Source of the DNA: Eledone cirrhosa
Lineage: Eukaryota
NCBI GenBank assembly: GCA_964016885.1
Contig: OZ024742.1
Coordinates: 102,858,001-102,922,000, forward strand
Length of the DNA stretch: 64,000 nt
Direction of reading: 5' to 3'
In this document: positions 38,775 through 53,530 of the stretch, piece after piece
Numbering within the stretch: position 1 is the stretch's first letter
Layout of the letters: every line of letters begins with the position of its first letter
Position numbers and translations under genes: made by a program
Notes under the pieces: model-generated
Databases searched by the model: none
What the model was told of the DNA's origin: nothing
The model's input: only the letters and a program-made list of their open reading frames with translations

Positions 38775-41180
38775 TAAGCTTCTTCTAGGCAAGCTTTTTT
38801 GTGCAATTTTATACATGTATAATTTCTTTTTAAATACTATTTAACAGAAGATAGATCTGGTCTGCCAGATCTATCTTGTTCTTTCTATCTTGCCATGATT
38901 AGTTTTATTAGTAGCATGCAACGTGCATACACACACACAGACACAGATACACACACACACAGACACACACACACACACACAGACATACACACACACAGAC
39001 ACAGACACACACACACACAGACACAGACAGACATACACACGCATACATACACACACACAGACACACACACACACAGACACACACAGACATACACACACAC
39101 ACACACAGACACACACACACACACAGACACACACACACACACAGACATACACACACACAGACACACACACACACACACAGACACAGACAGACACACACAC
39201 AGACATACACACGCATACATACACACGCATACATACACACGCACAGACACACACACACAGACATACACACACACACAGACACAGACACACACACACACAG
39301 ACACAGACAGACATACACACGCATACATACACACGCATACATACACACGCACAGACACACACACACAGACATACACACACACACACACAGACATACACAC
39401 GCACAGACATACACACGCACAGACACACACACACAGACATACACACGCACAGACACACACACAGACACACATACACACATATATTCATAACATAACCTAT
39501 ATTGCCCCCCACACACACACACACAGACACACACACACACACATGCACACATACAAACACTGACACACAATCACATACACATGCACACACACATGCACAC
39601 ACACACATGTACACACATGCACACACGCACACATACAAACACTGACACACAATCACACACACACACACACATGCACACACACATGCACACATGCACACAT
39701 ACAAACACTGACACACAATCACATACACATGCACACACACACACACATGCACACACGCCCACATACAAACACTGACACACAATCACATACACATGCACAC
39801 ACACACATGCACACACACATGCACACACACACATACACATGCACACACACACACACATACAAACACACATATACACACATGGACACGCTCATATGCATAT
39901 TCATATCATAGCATATATACACTCTTTGAATAAAATCCTCTACATACAAGCACTCAAACACACACATATACACACAATATACACACAGGCAATATTCACA
40001 TACAACAGACAAACCAGCTTGCAGATACACGCATGCAAAATGCACACACATGCGCAATAATAGAACACACAAATACATACACACTCATACAACATATATA
40101 CATGCACTGACAAGCACACACTCACAAGCATACACACACACACACACACACAGACATGCTCAAACTGTCCCATTCACACACACACACACACACATACCAC
40201 ACACACACCACACACACACACACACCACACACAGACATTCTCAAACTGTCCCATTCACACACACACACACACATGCTCAAACTGTCCCATTCTCACACAC
40301 ACACACAGACATGCTCAAACTGTCACATTCACACACACACACACACCACACACAGACATGCTCAAACTGTCACATTCACACACACATTCACACAACATAT
40401 ACTCAAACTGTCACACAGATAAATGCACACATACACACAAACACCAGCATACACACACAACATATATACATGTCTACATTCACAACATACACAGAAGCTT
40501 TTACACACATACACAAACATTCATACACATTCAACATACACACACACACACACACACTCACACACACTCACTCACATACACAAACATTCATACACATTCA
40601 ACATACACACACACACACTCACACACACTCACTCACATACACAAACATTCATACACATTCAACATACACACACACACACTCACACACACTCACTCACATA
40701 CACAAACATTCACACACATTCAACATACACACACACACTCACACATACTCATTCACATACACAAACATTCACACTCATTCAACATACACACACACACTCA
40801 CACACACTCACTCACATACACAAACATTCATACACATTCAACATACACACACACTCACACACACTCACTCACATACACAAACATTCATACACATTCAACA
40901 TACACACACACACACACTCACTCACATACACAAACATTCATACACATTCAACATACACACACACTCACTCACATACGCAAACATTCACACACATTCAACA
41001 TACACACACACTCACATACACAAACATTCATACACATTCAACATACACACACACACACACACACATTCACTCACATACACATTCAACATACACACACACA
41101 CACACTCACTCACATACACAAACATTCACACACATTCAACATACACACACACACACACACATTCACTCACATACACATTC

Positions 41181-41221
<41 letters not shown>

Positions 41222-41427
41222 TCACATACACAAACATTCACACACATTCAACATACACACACACACACACTCACTCACATACACAAACATTCATACACAT
41301 TCAACACACACACACTCACACACACAAACATTCATACACATTCAACATACACACACACACACTCACACACACTCACTCACATACACAAACATTCATACAC
41401 ATTCAACATACACATACACACTCACAC

Positions 41428-41458
<31 letters not shown>

Positions 41459-41570
41459 TATACACAAACATTCACACACATTCAACACACGCACACACAC
41501 ACACACACACTTACACAAACATTCACACACACTAAACATATACACACACACTCATGTACACAAACAATAA
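38100..41570 (+). repeat. ~3.5-kb CA-rich compound microsatellite with higher-order ~58-bp unit in 40500-41530
   Basis: direct reading; source of His/Thr and Cys/Val ORFs. Confidence 0.95.
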
Positions 41571-42172
41571 TTGCAACCACATCTAAAGGGACTCATTGTA
41601 CTTTTCTTATATTTGTACAGTTTGATACTCCTTTCTGAAATCAAACATAAAATATCTGGGTAAGTTCTTACTATTTAGTGTCTGTGTGACTTTTAACTCT
41701 TTTATTACCATATTTCTAACGAAAGACACTGCCAATCTTTTTCAAATAATCTTTTGAATAATCAATAATTTAGAAGGATTTATTAATCTAACTAACTTAC
41801 TTTTTATATTAATAATGAAAATGATTGTGTACAGTGCTCAGGTGTACAGTTATCTGGTGTTTGAAACATAACTTAACAAAGGTTCTTATAAAAGATTATG
41901 ATGGAAGTTTTTTCAGATAAATATAAACAACACTTTGAAATAATCCCTTGTATCATAGAAGGTGATTTCAGACATATTAGTAATGGAAGGGTTAAGATAG
42001 GCTAGTTGGTGTGGTGCTGTGATGTTGAGGGAGTCTACAGTCTTCAATTTCTTGCTCTTTTATTCTGTTCTGTTACTTGTAAATACATCACATACACCAT
42101 CATCATCATCATTTTTACCTTTTCATTACCATATTTCTAATAAAAATACTGCCTATGTTTTTCAAATAATTT

Positions 42173-42563
42173 TGGAGGCACATGGCTTAGTGGTTAGAGC
42201 ATTGGCTTTGCAATCGAAAGGTTGTGAGTTCAATTCTCAGACCGGGTGATGTGTTGTTTCCTTGAGCAAGACACTTTATTTCACTTTGCTCTAGTTTACT
42301 CAGCTGTAGAAATGAGATGATAGGGACTGGGGTCCATATCATACCACTGCAAAGTGGTCGTGGAGGTGCCATGGCAAAAAAGCACCCAGCCCACACTGTA
42401 AACTGGATGTGTAGGCGCCACGGAAAATAAAGTACCCAGCACTCACTGTAAATGAGGTTGGTGTTAGGAAGGGTATCAAGCTGTAGAAATCAAGCCAAAA
42501 ATCAGTTCCCGTCCCACCCTTGCAAGCAGGGAAAAGCGGACGTAAAATGATGATGATGATGAT
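42173..42563 (+). mobile_element. SINE family A, variant with two 45-bp internal units
   Basis: extra cccagcccacactgtaaactggatgtgtaggcgccacgg unit. Confidence 0.9.
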
Positions 42564-43506
42564 GAAGCAAGCATTTAGAGGGACCAGAAATCCAAGCATC
42601 ATAATCTTCCTGTTCTGCTGTGGTAAGCTCCTTATCCAGGATGCAACATGTAATGATACTTTTCCTGTAGCAACCTGGTACATTCAGTGATAGGGCCAGC
42701 TTCACTGGGTCAAGTGGTGTAAACACAAAGTTACTACTTAGATACAGTTTAAACTATATTCAATGTTTTCGTACAGTGTATGTAAGTATAGATCTGAATA
42801 TAGATCTATACAAACATATGTATATGTGTGTAAGCACTTACATATGTATATGAATATGTATGTTAGCACATATATCATCATAATCATCATCATCATGTAT
42901 AGGCACATAGCCCATACATAAATCATATCCAATTACCACAGATTATTAAAATGCTTAATGTGCAGTGTGAATTGGTGGAGGGGCTTTATTTTTAGTCCGT
43001 TTTTGGCTTATTAACAGCTTTGGAGTTTGGGGGCCTACATTTCATATTTGGTATGGGCATATTATCTGCTTTGAACATCTTCTAGGTTCAGTACATCATT
43101 CTTGACCAGTACTATATTAACATTAGATGACTGACAATGGTCAAGTGGACAAAGTGTTGACCTCTCTAAGTACCAGTCAAGTACTGGTGTCAATTTAAGC
43201 AACTGTAACCCCCTCCAAAAAACAAAAACAAAAACAAACAAACAACAAATAATCTGCTACCTTGTGGTTATGTTAAAAATCAATATTTCTCAATATATAT
43301 ATATATCATTAAAGACAATATTTGTTATTATAGTTACTTATAAAGCTATGGCCAAAATAAACCAATAAGTGGTCAACTTTAGGGCTGGTTGAGGCCAAAA
43401 ATCTGTAATATAGTGGGTGAAGTGTGGGTCAGACATTATTACATTTATGGTCAGGCTGTCTGTATTAGGTAGGATGGCTATAGAGATTGGGCCACAGCTT
43501 TAATTC

Positions 43507-44335
43507 CATCTTTAACCCTTTTGTTACCATACTTCTAATGAAAGACACATCTTTAACCCTTTTGTTACCATACTTCTAATGAAAGACACAGCTTTAACCC
43601 TTTCATTATCATACTTCTAATGAAAGACACATCTTTAGCCCTTTTGTTACCATACTTCAATGAAAGACACATCTTTAACCCTTTTGTTACCATACTTCTA
43701 ATGAAAGACACAGCTTTAACCCTTTCATTATCATACTTCAATGAAAGACACATTTTTAACCCTTTTGTTACCATACTGCTAATGAAAGACACATCTTTAA
43801 CTCTTTCATTACCATACTTCTAATGAAAGACACATCTTTAACCCTTTTGTTACCATACTTCTTATGAAAGACACAGCTTTAACCCTTTCATTAACCATAC
43901 TTCTAATGAAAGACACATTTTTAACCCTTTTGTTACCATACTTCTAATGAAAGACACATCTTTAACCCTTTTGTTGCCATACTTCAATGAAAGACACATC
44001 TTTAACCCTTTTGTTACCATACTTCAATGAAAGACACATTTTTAAACCTTTTGTTACCATACTACTAATGAAAGACACATCTTTAACCCTTTTGTTACCA
44101 TACTTCAATGAAAGACACATCTTTAACCCTTTTGTTACCATACTTCAATGAAAGACACATCTTTAACCCTTTTGTTACCATACTTCAACTTATAATTTTC
44201 TTAACAAAGGGTATTACATAAAATTATGAAGAAAGGTTTTTAAATAAATATAAACACTTTAAAATAAACAGTTTTGAAACATAGAACCAGGGGTAATTTG
44301 GGAAATTTCAGAAAATTTGGTAATGAAAGGGTTAA
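43507..44335 (+). repeat. Minisatellite, ~17 x 40-41 bp of the left end of piggyBac-like MITE P2, followed by the MITE right half
   Basis: unit atctTTAAcccttttgttaccatacttctaatgaaagacac; ends ...gaaagggTTAA at 44335. Confidence 0.9.
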
Positions 44336-44536
44336 ATAGATTTGTTACATTAACATGTAGAATAACTACATATAGGTTGAGACACTGAGGAATCCCCTAC
44401 ATGGTAACTTAATCTGTTAGAAATAGCAAATAAATCTCCTGCCCGCACCCTACGATTTTAATATTCGATACACTATGCTTGGTGGTGGTATAGGAAAGAT
44501 GAGATAGTCACTGCCCTATTAGTCTTATCCTATGAC

Positions 44537-44663
44537 AGTATTTCTCAACCGATGTTCCCTAGAACCCTGGGCTTCTGCAAGAAGTCACTATCATCCTGTG
44601 GTTTCCTGAGACATGAAAACTATTTCAAGGGCTCCACAAGGGTAAAAAGGTTGAGATACACTA
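44537..44663. mobile_element. hAT (Charlie-like) MITE, internally deleted
   Basis: cagtatttctcaacc ... ggttgagatacacta termini; relative at 60980-61175. Confidence 0.65.
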
Positions 44664-46337
44664 CCCTAGGCTAAACAACATTGAAGTTCCTGTGTTAGTA
44701 TAGATAAAGTATCCATTGTGGATTGTAAGGTGTTGTTGAACCTTTTGTTACCAGTATGATTTCCAATTAATTTTTTAAATAATCAAGAATTTTGAGGATT
44801 TAGTAATATTCTTCTTCTAATTGATCGGCCAGATTCCAGACCTCATTTGCTTACAGAATGGAATGGAATTCATCAAATCAGATCAAGGAAACAATATTTC
44901 CATTGGTTTTTCCATTGTTAATACTATCTACTGGTACCAACTCCTGACTGAAAGAGCAACGTGAAATAATGTGTCTTGCCTGGTCTGGGAATCAAACTTG
45001 CAACCTTACAATTGCAAATCCAATTGTCTAATCTCTAAGCCACACACCTAACTTTATTATTTTTAAATATAACTAACTTTATATTAAACTGGTGTTTGGA
45101 GCATAACTTAACAAAGTTTTTCATATAAGATTATGATAGAAGGTTTTTAGATAAATATAAATACTTTAAAACAATCTGTTTAATATTGTAAAAACAGGAC
45201 CGATTTCAGGCAATTTGGTATCAAAGCAGTGTTAAGCAGTCAAGTGTGAGACTGAGCACCCATGCATGTTCTGTTAACTCTTTTGTGACCACTTTTCTCA
45301 TAAAAATATACTTCCTATGTGCTTCAATTAATTTTGAAACTAATCAAGAATTAGGAAGGATTTAGTGAAATAAAAGAATAAAGAGCTATTTTATTATTTA
45401 GCTGGAACATAACAAAGAGTTCTGACATAACATTATGGTGGAAGGTTTTAATTTAAATATGAACAATCTATGCTAGCATGGGAAACAGACGCAAATGGAG
45501 GATGGCTATGGTGGTGATGATGATGGTGATAAAGAGTTTAAAACAGAGAGTTTCTGTATCATAGAACCAGAGGCATTTGATATCAAATGGTTGGAATCAA
45601 AAGAGTTAAGGATGTATGACTATATGGCAAAATGAATTTTGATGGATGATAAAAAATAAAATGAAATATATTTCCTATGCCATGTCAATATTATGTTATA
45701 TTTGTTTGTTCATTGTTTGTATCATCAACACCACCATCACTCTACCATTGCCAAACTGGTTGGCGTTAGGAAGATGTAACAAGCAAGATGGGTTGCTTCG
45801 ACCTACCTGGTCACTGTGACACCCCATCCAACTCATGTCAGTATGGAAAGTAGAGATAAAATGATTATGACAATATCATTATCGTCATCGTCATTTAATG
45901 TCTGTTTTACCTGCTAGTAAGAATATATATATATATACATATACATATATATATATATATATATAACAAAGGAGGTGTGGTAAGGAACCAGATGGACCAT
46001 AACGCACCAGAGTACTCAATACTTAGGGTAGTAGAGTGGGTAATAGGAAAATGTATGACCCTGATGGCAGAGCTCAAGCTGTTTCAATGGCTATTTCTGG
46101 ACGCAGAAATAGCCGTCGAAACGGCTTGAGCTCTGCTTTTGGGGTCATACATTTTCATATATACATAGAGAGAGAGAAATACACATGACAGGCTTTCATG
46201 GAGTGACCCATTTACCACATTTCACTCACAAGGTTGTGGTCTATAGCTGAAGACACTTGCCCATGTGTGCCACACAATGGGAGATGCTTTAGAATTTAGA
46301 AGCAAACTTCTAAACCACACAGCTACGACTGTGCCAG

Positions 46338-46376
<39 letters not shown>

Positions 46377-49300
46377 TGGCATTTGCTGCACATTATCAAC
46401 CTACCAGATTAAACTCACAAGGCATTGGTCAGCCAGAATTTATAGTTGAAGAAACTTGTCTAAGGTGCCACCAAGTTGGATTAAACCCAAAACCATGCAG
46501 TTGCAGAAAAAAAGCAAACATTTTAACCACACAGCTATGTCAGTAGCTCTGTTATACTCTGGTTTCTTGGGACAGTTCTTGTAGCATGCTACATGATATA
46601 GTATAATCTTTATTTTCTCACATCAATCTATGCATGTCCACCATTTTCCCTGATTTGTTTTTGTGACAGTTTTTGCAGTATACTAGATGAGAAAAGGTTG
46701 CTAACCTCTTGCTGAATCCTCTTCCTGGAAGAAAGGGATGCTGAATAGTCCCCCCACCATAACAAAGCCCCTGCATAGTTGATTCTGAGAGAGTGAAAAA
46801 GAAAGAGAAAAAAAGAATCGATCCTAGAAGGATGAAAGGCAAAGTTGACCTCAGTGGAATTTTAACTCGGAACTCAAAAAGCCAGAATAATTACTTCAAG
46901 GCATTTGTCCGACACTAACAATTCTGTCAATTGACCACTGTATATGCCATGTTATATATAGCATGAAATTATTCAATGTCAGACTAACTTTTGTTTGATT
47001 GATTAAAACTGACACTTCATAAATTTCTATATATATTTCCACCCATTTTATTGTACCAGAGGGAATATAGTAATATTAAACAGATTAAGTATTACATTCA
47101 AAAATTTTAGCGTGTAGATATTACCCCTTTCATTACTATTACTTGGCAGCAATTTGGCAGACTCTTTAGAACGTCAAATTGTATGCTTTGTGATATTCGT
47201 TCTGGCTCTCTGCATTTCGAGTTCAAACCCACTGAGGCCAACTTTGCCTTTCATCTTTTTGAGGTCAATAAAAAAAGTTTGAGTCCAATACTGGGGTTGG
47301 TTCTTCATCCACATCTCTTTCTCACTTCCTCTATCACTCTCTCTCTCTCTCTTTCCTTCTCTGGAAGAAATTGGCTGTGTTCGAACCTGGAGAGGGTTAC
47401 GACATTTTTATAAAGCCCAAAATATGTTGTATGTCACTATGACGCCCCTACAACTCCATCAGGAGTTACAGGTTCTTACATACAGACCATATTTTTAATG
47501 AAAGACACTGCCTCTGATCTGCAAATAACTTTGAAAATAATTAAGAATGTGGAGGGATTTAGTAATATAACTAACATTCTCATTTTTAAGTTGGTATTTG
47601 GAGCATAACAAATGTTCATACAAAAAATTATGATGGAAGATTTTTAGATAAATAAATACACATTAAAAGAAACGGTTTTGCATGGTAGAACGAAGGGCGG
47701 TTTCAGATGGTTTAGAAATGAAATGGTTAAAAAGTAAGTTTAGGTAATTTTTTTATTTTATTTCTTGGTCAGGAGGAAATGTAGTACCCATAGCCCTTTT
47801 CAGGATCCCTGAAACTATTTTTGGAGGGAAAGAATGCGAAGAACCAGAACAAATACCAGCCTAGACTGGTATTTTATATATTAATCCTGTAAGGAGGAAA
47901 AACAAACTTGATTATGTCTGGATTTAACTCTGGTCCAAGCAGCTGGAATAGATACCATAGGGTATGTTGTTTGATGTTATAATGATTCTGGCAATTTGTC
48001 ACCAAACTGAAAGTAAATGTTCAGCCTAGCTTATCTCAACATGTGTAGTTTGTGTATTAACCCTTTTCTTAGTAATCTGCCTGAAACCCACTTGTTCTAC
48101 AATACTTATATCTTAAAATTTCCCCTCAATTTTTTGTAACAATTTTTGTCAATTTATGTTCCAAACACCAGCTAAATTAACGAGAAAGTTATTTTACTAA
48201 ATCTTTCCAAATTCTTGATCATAGGCAGTATCTTTCAGAAAAATATGATACCGAAAGGATTAAAAAAATGAACAAACAAAAATACAGAATCAAGCAAAAA
48301 TGTTTTGCAGTATTTAGTAACATCTCTTTATGTTCTGTGTTTCACCTTAATTTGCATATTATTAATGCTTATTTTGGTAGTTTATATTATTTTCAATTTT
48401 AATATATATTAAATTGTGTACTAAGCAGCTGAAGTATATGATGAATATATATACATGTGTAATTAATATATACATATTTACACAGTCTTGGTTATATACT
48501 GTTTATATACAGATATAGATTTATCAAATACTTTGGCTGCTTAGCTCCCAATTTAATATAAATTGTTCTTCTGAGTCAAAAGAAATACTCTTTAACCTGT
48601 TCCAGCTGACATGATGGGGCATGCACACACCCATATATGGTATATATATATATATATATGTGTTTATCTGGGGTTCAATCGGGGGTAACCACAGTAGGCA
48701 AGGTACTCAATACATAGCAAAGTATAGTCATTATCATCATCATCATCATTTTACGTCTGCTTTTCCCTGCTTGCAAGGGTGGGACGATAGTATAAATATT
48801 TAATATAGAAATGGCTTCTACTGATGATTTCTCCCGAATGAAACAGTTCTAGTTCTGTAGAAGCCATTTCTATATTAAATATATATATAATACACACCTA
48901 TTGTTGAAGGTACTGCTACTTTCCAGTTTATTTTTTTTAAACTTCTTTTTCTTCATCGTTTTTCTTCTTGCTTTTGTTGTTTTTCTTGTTGTTGCTATTA
49001 GATGTCAACAAAATGTGAAATGTACTGAAAATCTGTTCTCAATAATTAGTTCTGCTATAATATGGATAATCACTTGCCATACTCTCTTATTTGCATATAT
49101 ATTTTTTTTCTGAAATGTTATGTAATTGTGGTAAAATTATTATTAAATCCCAGCGAGGATTTGGTGGAGCAGAAAATGTGTGGCAGTATTTTGTCACGAC
49201 CCTATATATTCCGGTTTCAAATCCTACTGAGGTCAACTTTGCCTTTCATTCTTCTGAGCTCGATAAAATAAAGTACCAGTCAAGTACTGGGGTCGATATA

Positions 49301-50846
49301 ATCAGCTTTTCCTCCCTATAAATTGCTGACCTTGTGCCAAAATTAAAAACCATTATAAAATACTAGTCTAATCGATTCGATATATTTGTCTGTCTCCTCC
49401 TCACACAAAAAAAAAAAAATGTTATTAGAAATCATTATTATAGTTGTTTGCTTTGTAATTATTACAGCAATAGATCCTGAGAGATAAGTTTTCTGTCAGA
49501 ATACGTGAACACAAACTTACATACTCACAGGTCTTGAATACCCCCCCCCCCCCCCCCCCCCCCCCCCCGCTTATCAAATTTTGGTAATCTATCTCTGGCA
49601 AAATTTTATTGTAATTCATATCGATACAGCAGCTGGAAAATCTAATAATAATTCTGTTTTATATTAAAAATCATTATATATGACAATCCCATAGAAATCC
49701 CATATATACGAACGTACGCTATATAATTACCGATTTCCCAATACCCGCGTTTATAAGAATTTAAGCAAATGTCCAATCCCCCGCTTATTTCAACCCCACC
49801 TATTATATGGGACCCGAGAGTAGCGACCACGAATATTCATAGAGAATCAATGAAACATATATTTGATATTATCTTTTCTTGTACTCCTTTCATGTGTTAA
49901 CTCATGAAAGTCGAGAAAGTTTTTTTTTTTAATTTTTATTATTAAACCCAATATGAAGGGCAGTGTATTGGCAGTATCGGTAGAGTGTCGGACAACATGC
50001 TTTGTGTATGTTTTGTGTTCACGTCCCACCGAGGTTAGCTTGCTTACGGAGTCGATGAAATAAAGTACCAGTAAAGGATCGAGCTAATCGACTTTTCTAT
50101 TCCCTTCAAATTACTGGCCTTGTGCCAAAAATAGAAACAATTATCAAATCTAATACAAGGGAAATAACTAATAAAACATTTTTCATTGGTTATCTCCCCT
50201 GCAATACATTGCATACTCTTGCGCTTTGAATAATCTTCCACTTAATAATCTTAATAATCTTCCACTTAATAATCTTCCACTTATTAATTTTTCAAATTCC
50301 CCACTTCCCCGTTTATTACACTTTACTAAACTATCCCCGGCGAAAGTATATTTTAAGTGGTAATATTTCTATGATAATTAATTTTCTTTAGATATTAAAA
50401 GACACTATATATTACAAAAAACAAGAACATTACAAGAAATCTCATCCGTTATAAAATAAATAGGATGGGTTGGAGTCTCAATATGTAAACTAAACGCCTA
50501 ATTCTGGTTCTAAAAAAATCAAGGAAGACAACCTAGGAAAATTATCGAAACAACTTTGTATCATAAAACCAAGGCAATTTGGTACCAAAAGGGTTAACTT
50601 TGTAATCACTGGTACCAAATTGGGAGAGGGGGCAGTGCCTGGGTTGTAGCCAGCCCCCTACCCTCGCCAACATTTTAAGGGATCCCAAATCAAATCTTTT
50701 TACAACCATAAATGACATGCGAGAGAGAGCCCCTAATTAATTCATGTACTGCCATGAATGATACACAATAGCCCTGATGAAACTTTCTACCTGGGGCTTT
50801 AATGCAAGCTTAATCTGCCCTTGGTGGTGACATGGACCCTTTATGC

Positions 50847-51176
50847 CAGAACTTCTCAAAGTGGGGCAGTGGGGTCTAAGGGGGTGGTGCAGTAGAGATG
50901 ATATAATAATATATTAATTATCAACAGATACATATCATATATAAATATAGTAAAATAAAAAATATATATTTATTTATACATATACAGTATATTATATTAT
51001 TTATTATATAAAAATTAACGATTTTATTTATTATATATTATTTACAATTTGCATGTAGGCAGGTCCCTCTGAAAATACGGGTGGGGGTGCTGATGGCATT
51101 ACGTGGTCATGGGGGTGGGGGGTATTACGTGGCCGTGAGGGGGGGGGGGGGGGCTCCAAAAGTTTGAGAACCTCTG
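50847..51176. mobile_element. hAT-like MITE
   Basis: termini cagaacttctcaaa / tttgagaacctctg; 8-bp TSD ctttatgc / ttttatgc. Confidence 0.75.
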
Positions 51177-51459
51177 TTTTATGCTATTTAAAAAATATTA
51201 TTTAAAGAGTTGACACATTTAGGTGTGACATAATACATGATAATAAATTTAGTGTTGTTACTATATTTAAGATTTAGGTAAACCCTATCATGTGCAATAA
51301 TGCCACTACATACACTTGTTGTTTTAAATCTTATTACCAGCTGATTCTTTCACTGTCCACAACTGCCTGAAAAGCTGTAACTAGTCTAACTTCGAGATAA
51401 CAAGGTATCCTCTCGATGGTCACAAGACCTGCTAGAAATAGTAGCCAGATAACCCATAA

Positions 51460-51680
51460 CCCTTTAGTATTTACATTACTTTATATTTACTATTATATTT
51501 TCATGGTAAACACTTTATCTCACATAATTGTCTCACATAATATTGAATCTACAAGATTTTGATATTATTTATTTTGAGAACAATACCTTAACATAAGTAT
51601 GAGCAGCTGATAACAGCTAGTTTGAACAGAAAAAGATAGGAGAATTCTAGCCGGATACAACCAGTTTAAATGCTAAAGGG
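51460..51680. mobile_element. piggyBac-like MITE P1
   Basis: same TIRs and internal sequence as 33020-33228. Confidence 0.85.
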
Positions 51681-51886
51681 TTAAATCACACACTACTGTC
51701 ATAAAAACATGAAAAACACATTAGTCCATAATATTGATGAAATAAAGTACCAGTTAAGTACTGGAGTCGATCTAATCAATGTTCCCCTTCTCCCAAACTG
51801 CTGTCCTTGTGTTAATGTTAGAAAGAGTTTGTTTATCATGTTGAATAAATTATAATAATATCAAAAAACGTTTAAATATTTTCCAG

Positions 51887-51996
51887 ATAAGAGCTGCTGG
51901 CAGTTTAATTAAATATCTGGAGAAAAACCGCATTGGAATAGAATTGGAAGATATCAATACCAGAGTGCCTTTTGCCAATATTCAAGTGTTTTCTTT
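51887..51996 (+). CDS. MSH5: MSH5 exon (IRAAGSLIKYLEKNRIGIELEDINTRVPFANIQVFSL)
   Basis: ttccAG| ... |GTgagt; 110 bp, phase 0->2; RIG.ELED motif. Confidence 0.95.
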
Positions 51997-53181
51997 GTGA
52001 GTTTTCTAGAAATTCTCTACTAGCTTGTGATGGTCAAGGTTGATAAAGTTATGTTTGTTGTAATTCCTTAGTAACTTGTGAATGTTAAGAAAGCAGGTAA
52101 CAAATTGACTGAGTCATTAGAACATTAGATGGAATACTTTGCAGTATTATTTCTGGCTCTCTTCACTTTCTGAGTTCAAATCCTGAGATCAGTTTTATCT
52201 TTCATCATGAGGTCAATTCTTTCTCTAGATTTCTTTCCTTTTTCCTCTTCTTCTCTTTTCTTCAACTGATTTTTGCTGATATAGCCCATTGATAATCTCC
52301 TTGAGTTATAGTGCTAATATTTGATAGGAAGCAGGTCCATTGCCAGGCATGGTATTTAGGATGGGGATGGATGGAGGGCTTTGGAACATTCTGGGTGAGT
52401 ACTTTAATTAGCAATAATTCTAAAGTAGACTTTTCAGAATAAACTTATTACCATAAATATTTCTATATCTAAGGGTGCACTGTTGAAAATAAAAAGCAAT
52501 GCCACCCAGTGTGTCCTTCCCATACACACACTCCACTCACTGATAGGCATGAAAGGAAACTAAACATAGGTATTGTTGTTTTTGTGTCATTATTAGGATT
52601 GGTACCACCTAGTGTTACCATTAATAGTAAAAGATTGAAGAGCTATTTAGCTGTAATAAGAACAAGATTGTATGTAGAATGTACTGCTTAGTGTATTGGA
52701 AATTCCATATAGTGTAGATAGGCAGGATAGCTTCTTTACAGTATTTAGTTTTAATGGCTATAGTTCTGGGTTCAATTCTCGCTAGGTTTAAATTCATCTT
52801 TTATTTCATTGTAGCTGATAAATATATAACAGTAGTCCAATAATCTATTTGAGGTTGGGTAAATTAACTATGTGTGGCAGTGCATGGCCTAGTGGTAAGT
52901 GCGTTGGACTTATGATCATAATGTCATGGGTTTGATTCCTGGACTGGTTTGTGAGTTGTGTTCTTGAGCAAAACACTTCACTTTACGTTGCTCCAGTATA
53001 CTCAGTTGAAACTGAGTTCCAGCAATAGCTGGAGGTTTAATCCTGTGATGGACTGGTGTCTTGTCCAGGACAAGTCTTGTACTCTAAGCTGCTTCACGCC
53101 ACAGAAAGTGGGACAAGCACCAAGCTGATGAGCCTCCAAGCCCAAGACAGACTTTAGAAACTAACTGTGCTTCATAAGAAA

Positions 53182-53530
53182 CATCATTTCATCATCATCA
53201 TTTCATTTTACGTCCGCTTTTCCCTGCTTGCAAGGGTGGGACGGGAACTGATTCTGGCTTGATTTCTACAGCTGGATGCCCTTCCTAACACCAACCTCAT
53301 TTACAGTGAGTGGTGGGTGCTTTTTTTGCCGTGGCACCTCCACGACCACTTTGCAGTGGAATGATAGGGACCCCAGTCCCTATCATCTCATTTCTACAGC
53401 TGAGTAAACTGGGGCAATGTGAAATAAAGTGTCTTGCTCAAGGAAACAACACATCACCCGGTCTGAGAATTGAACTCACAACCTTTCGATTGCAAAGCCA
53501 ATGCTCTAACCACTAAGCCATGTGCCTCCA
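53182..53530 (-). mobile_element. SINE family A
   Basis: full length, reverse orientation. Confidence 0.92.

Noticed and set aside
38338-41638. Long His/Thr-rich ORFs (up to 506 aa)
   Set aside because: CA-rich simple repeat artefacts
49500-49821. Possible DNA-transposon end (..gggacccgagagta) with poly-C
   Set aside because: No matching opposite terminus found in the window
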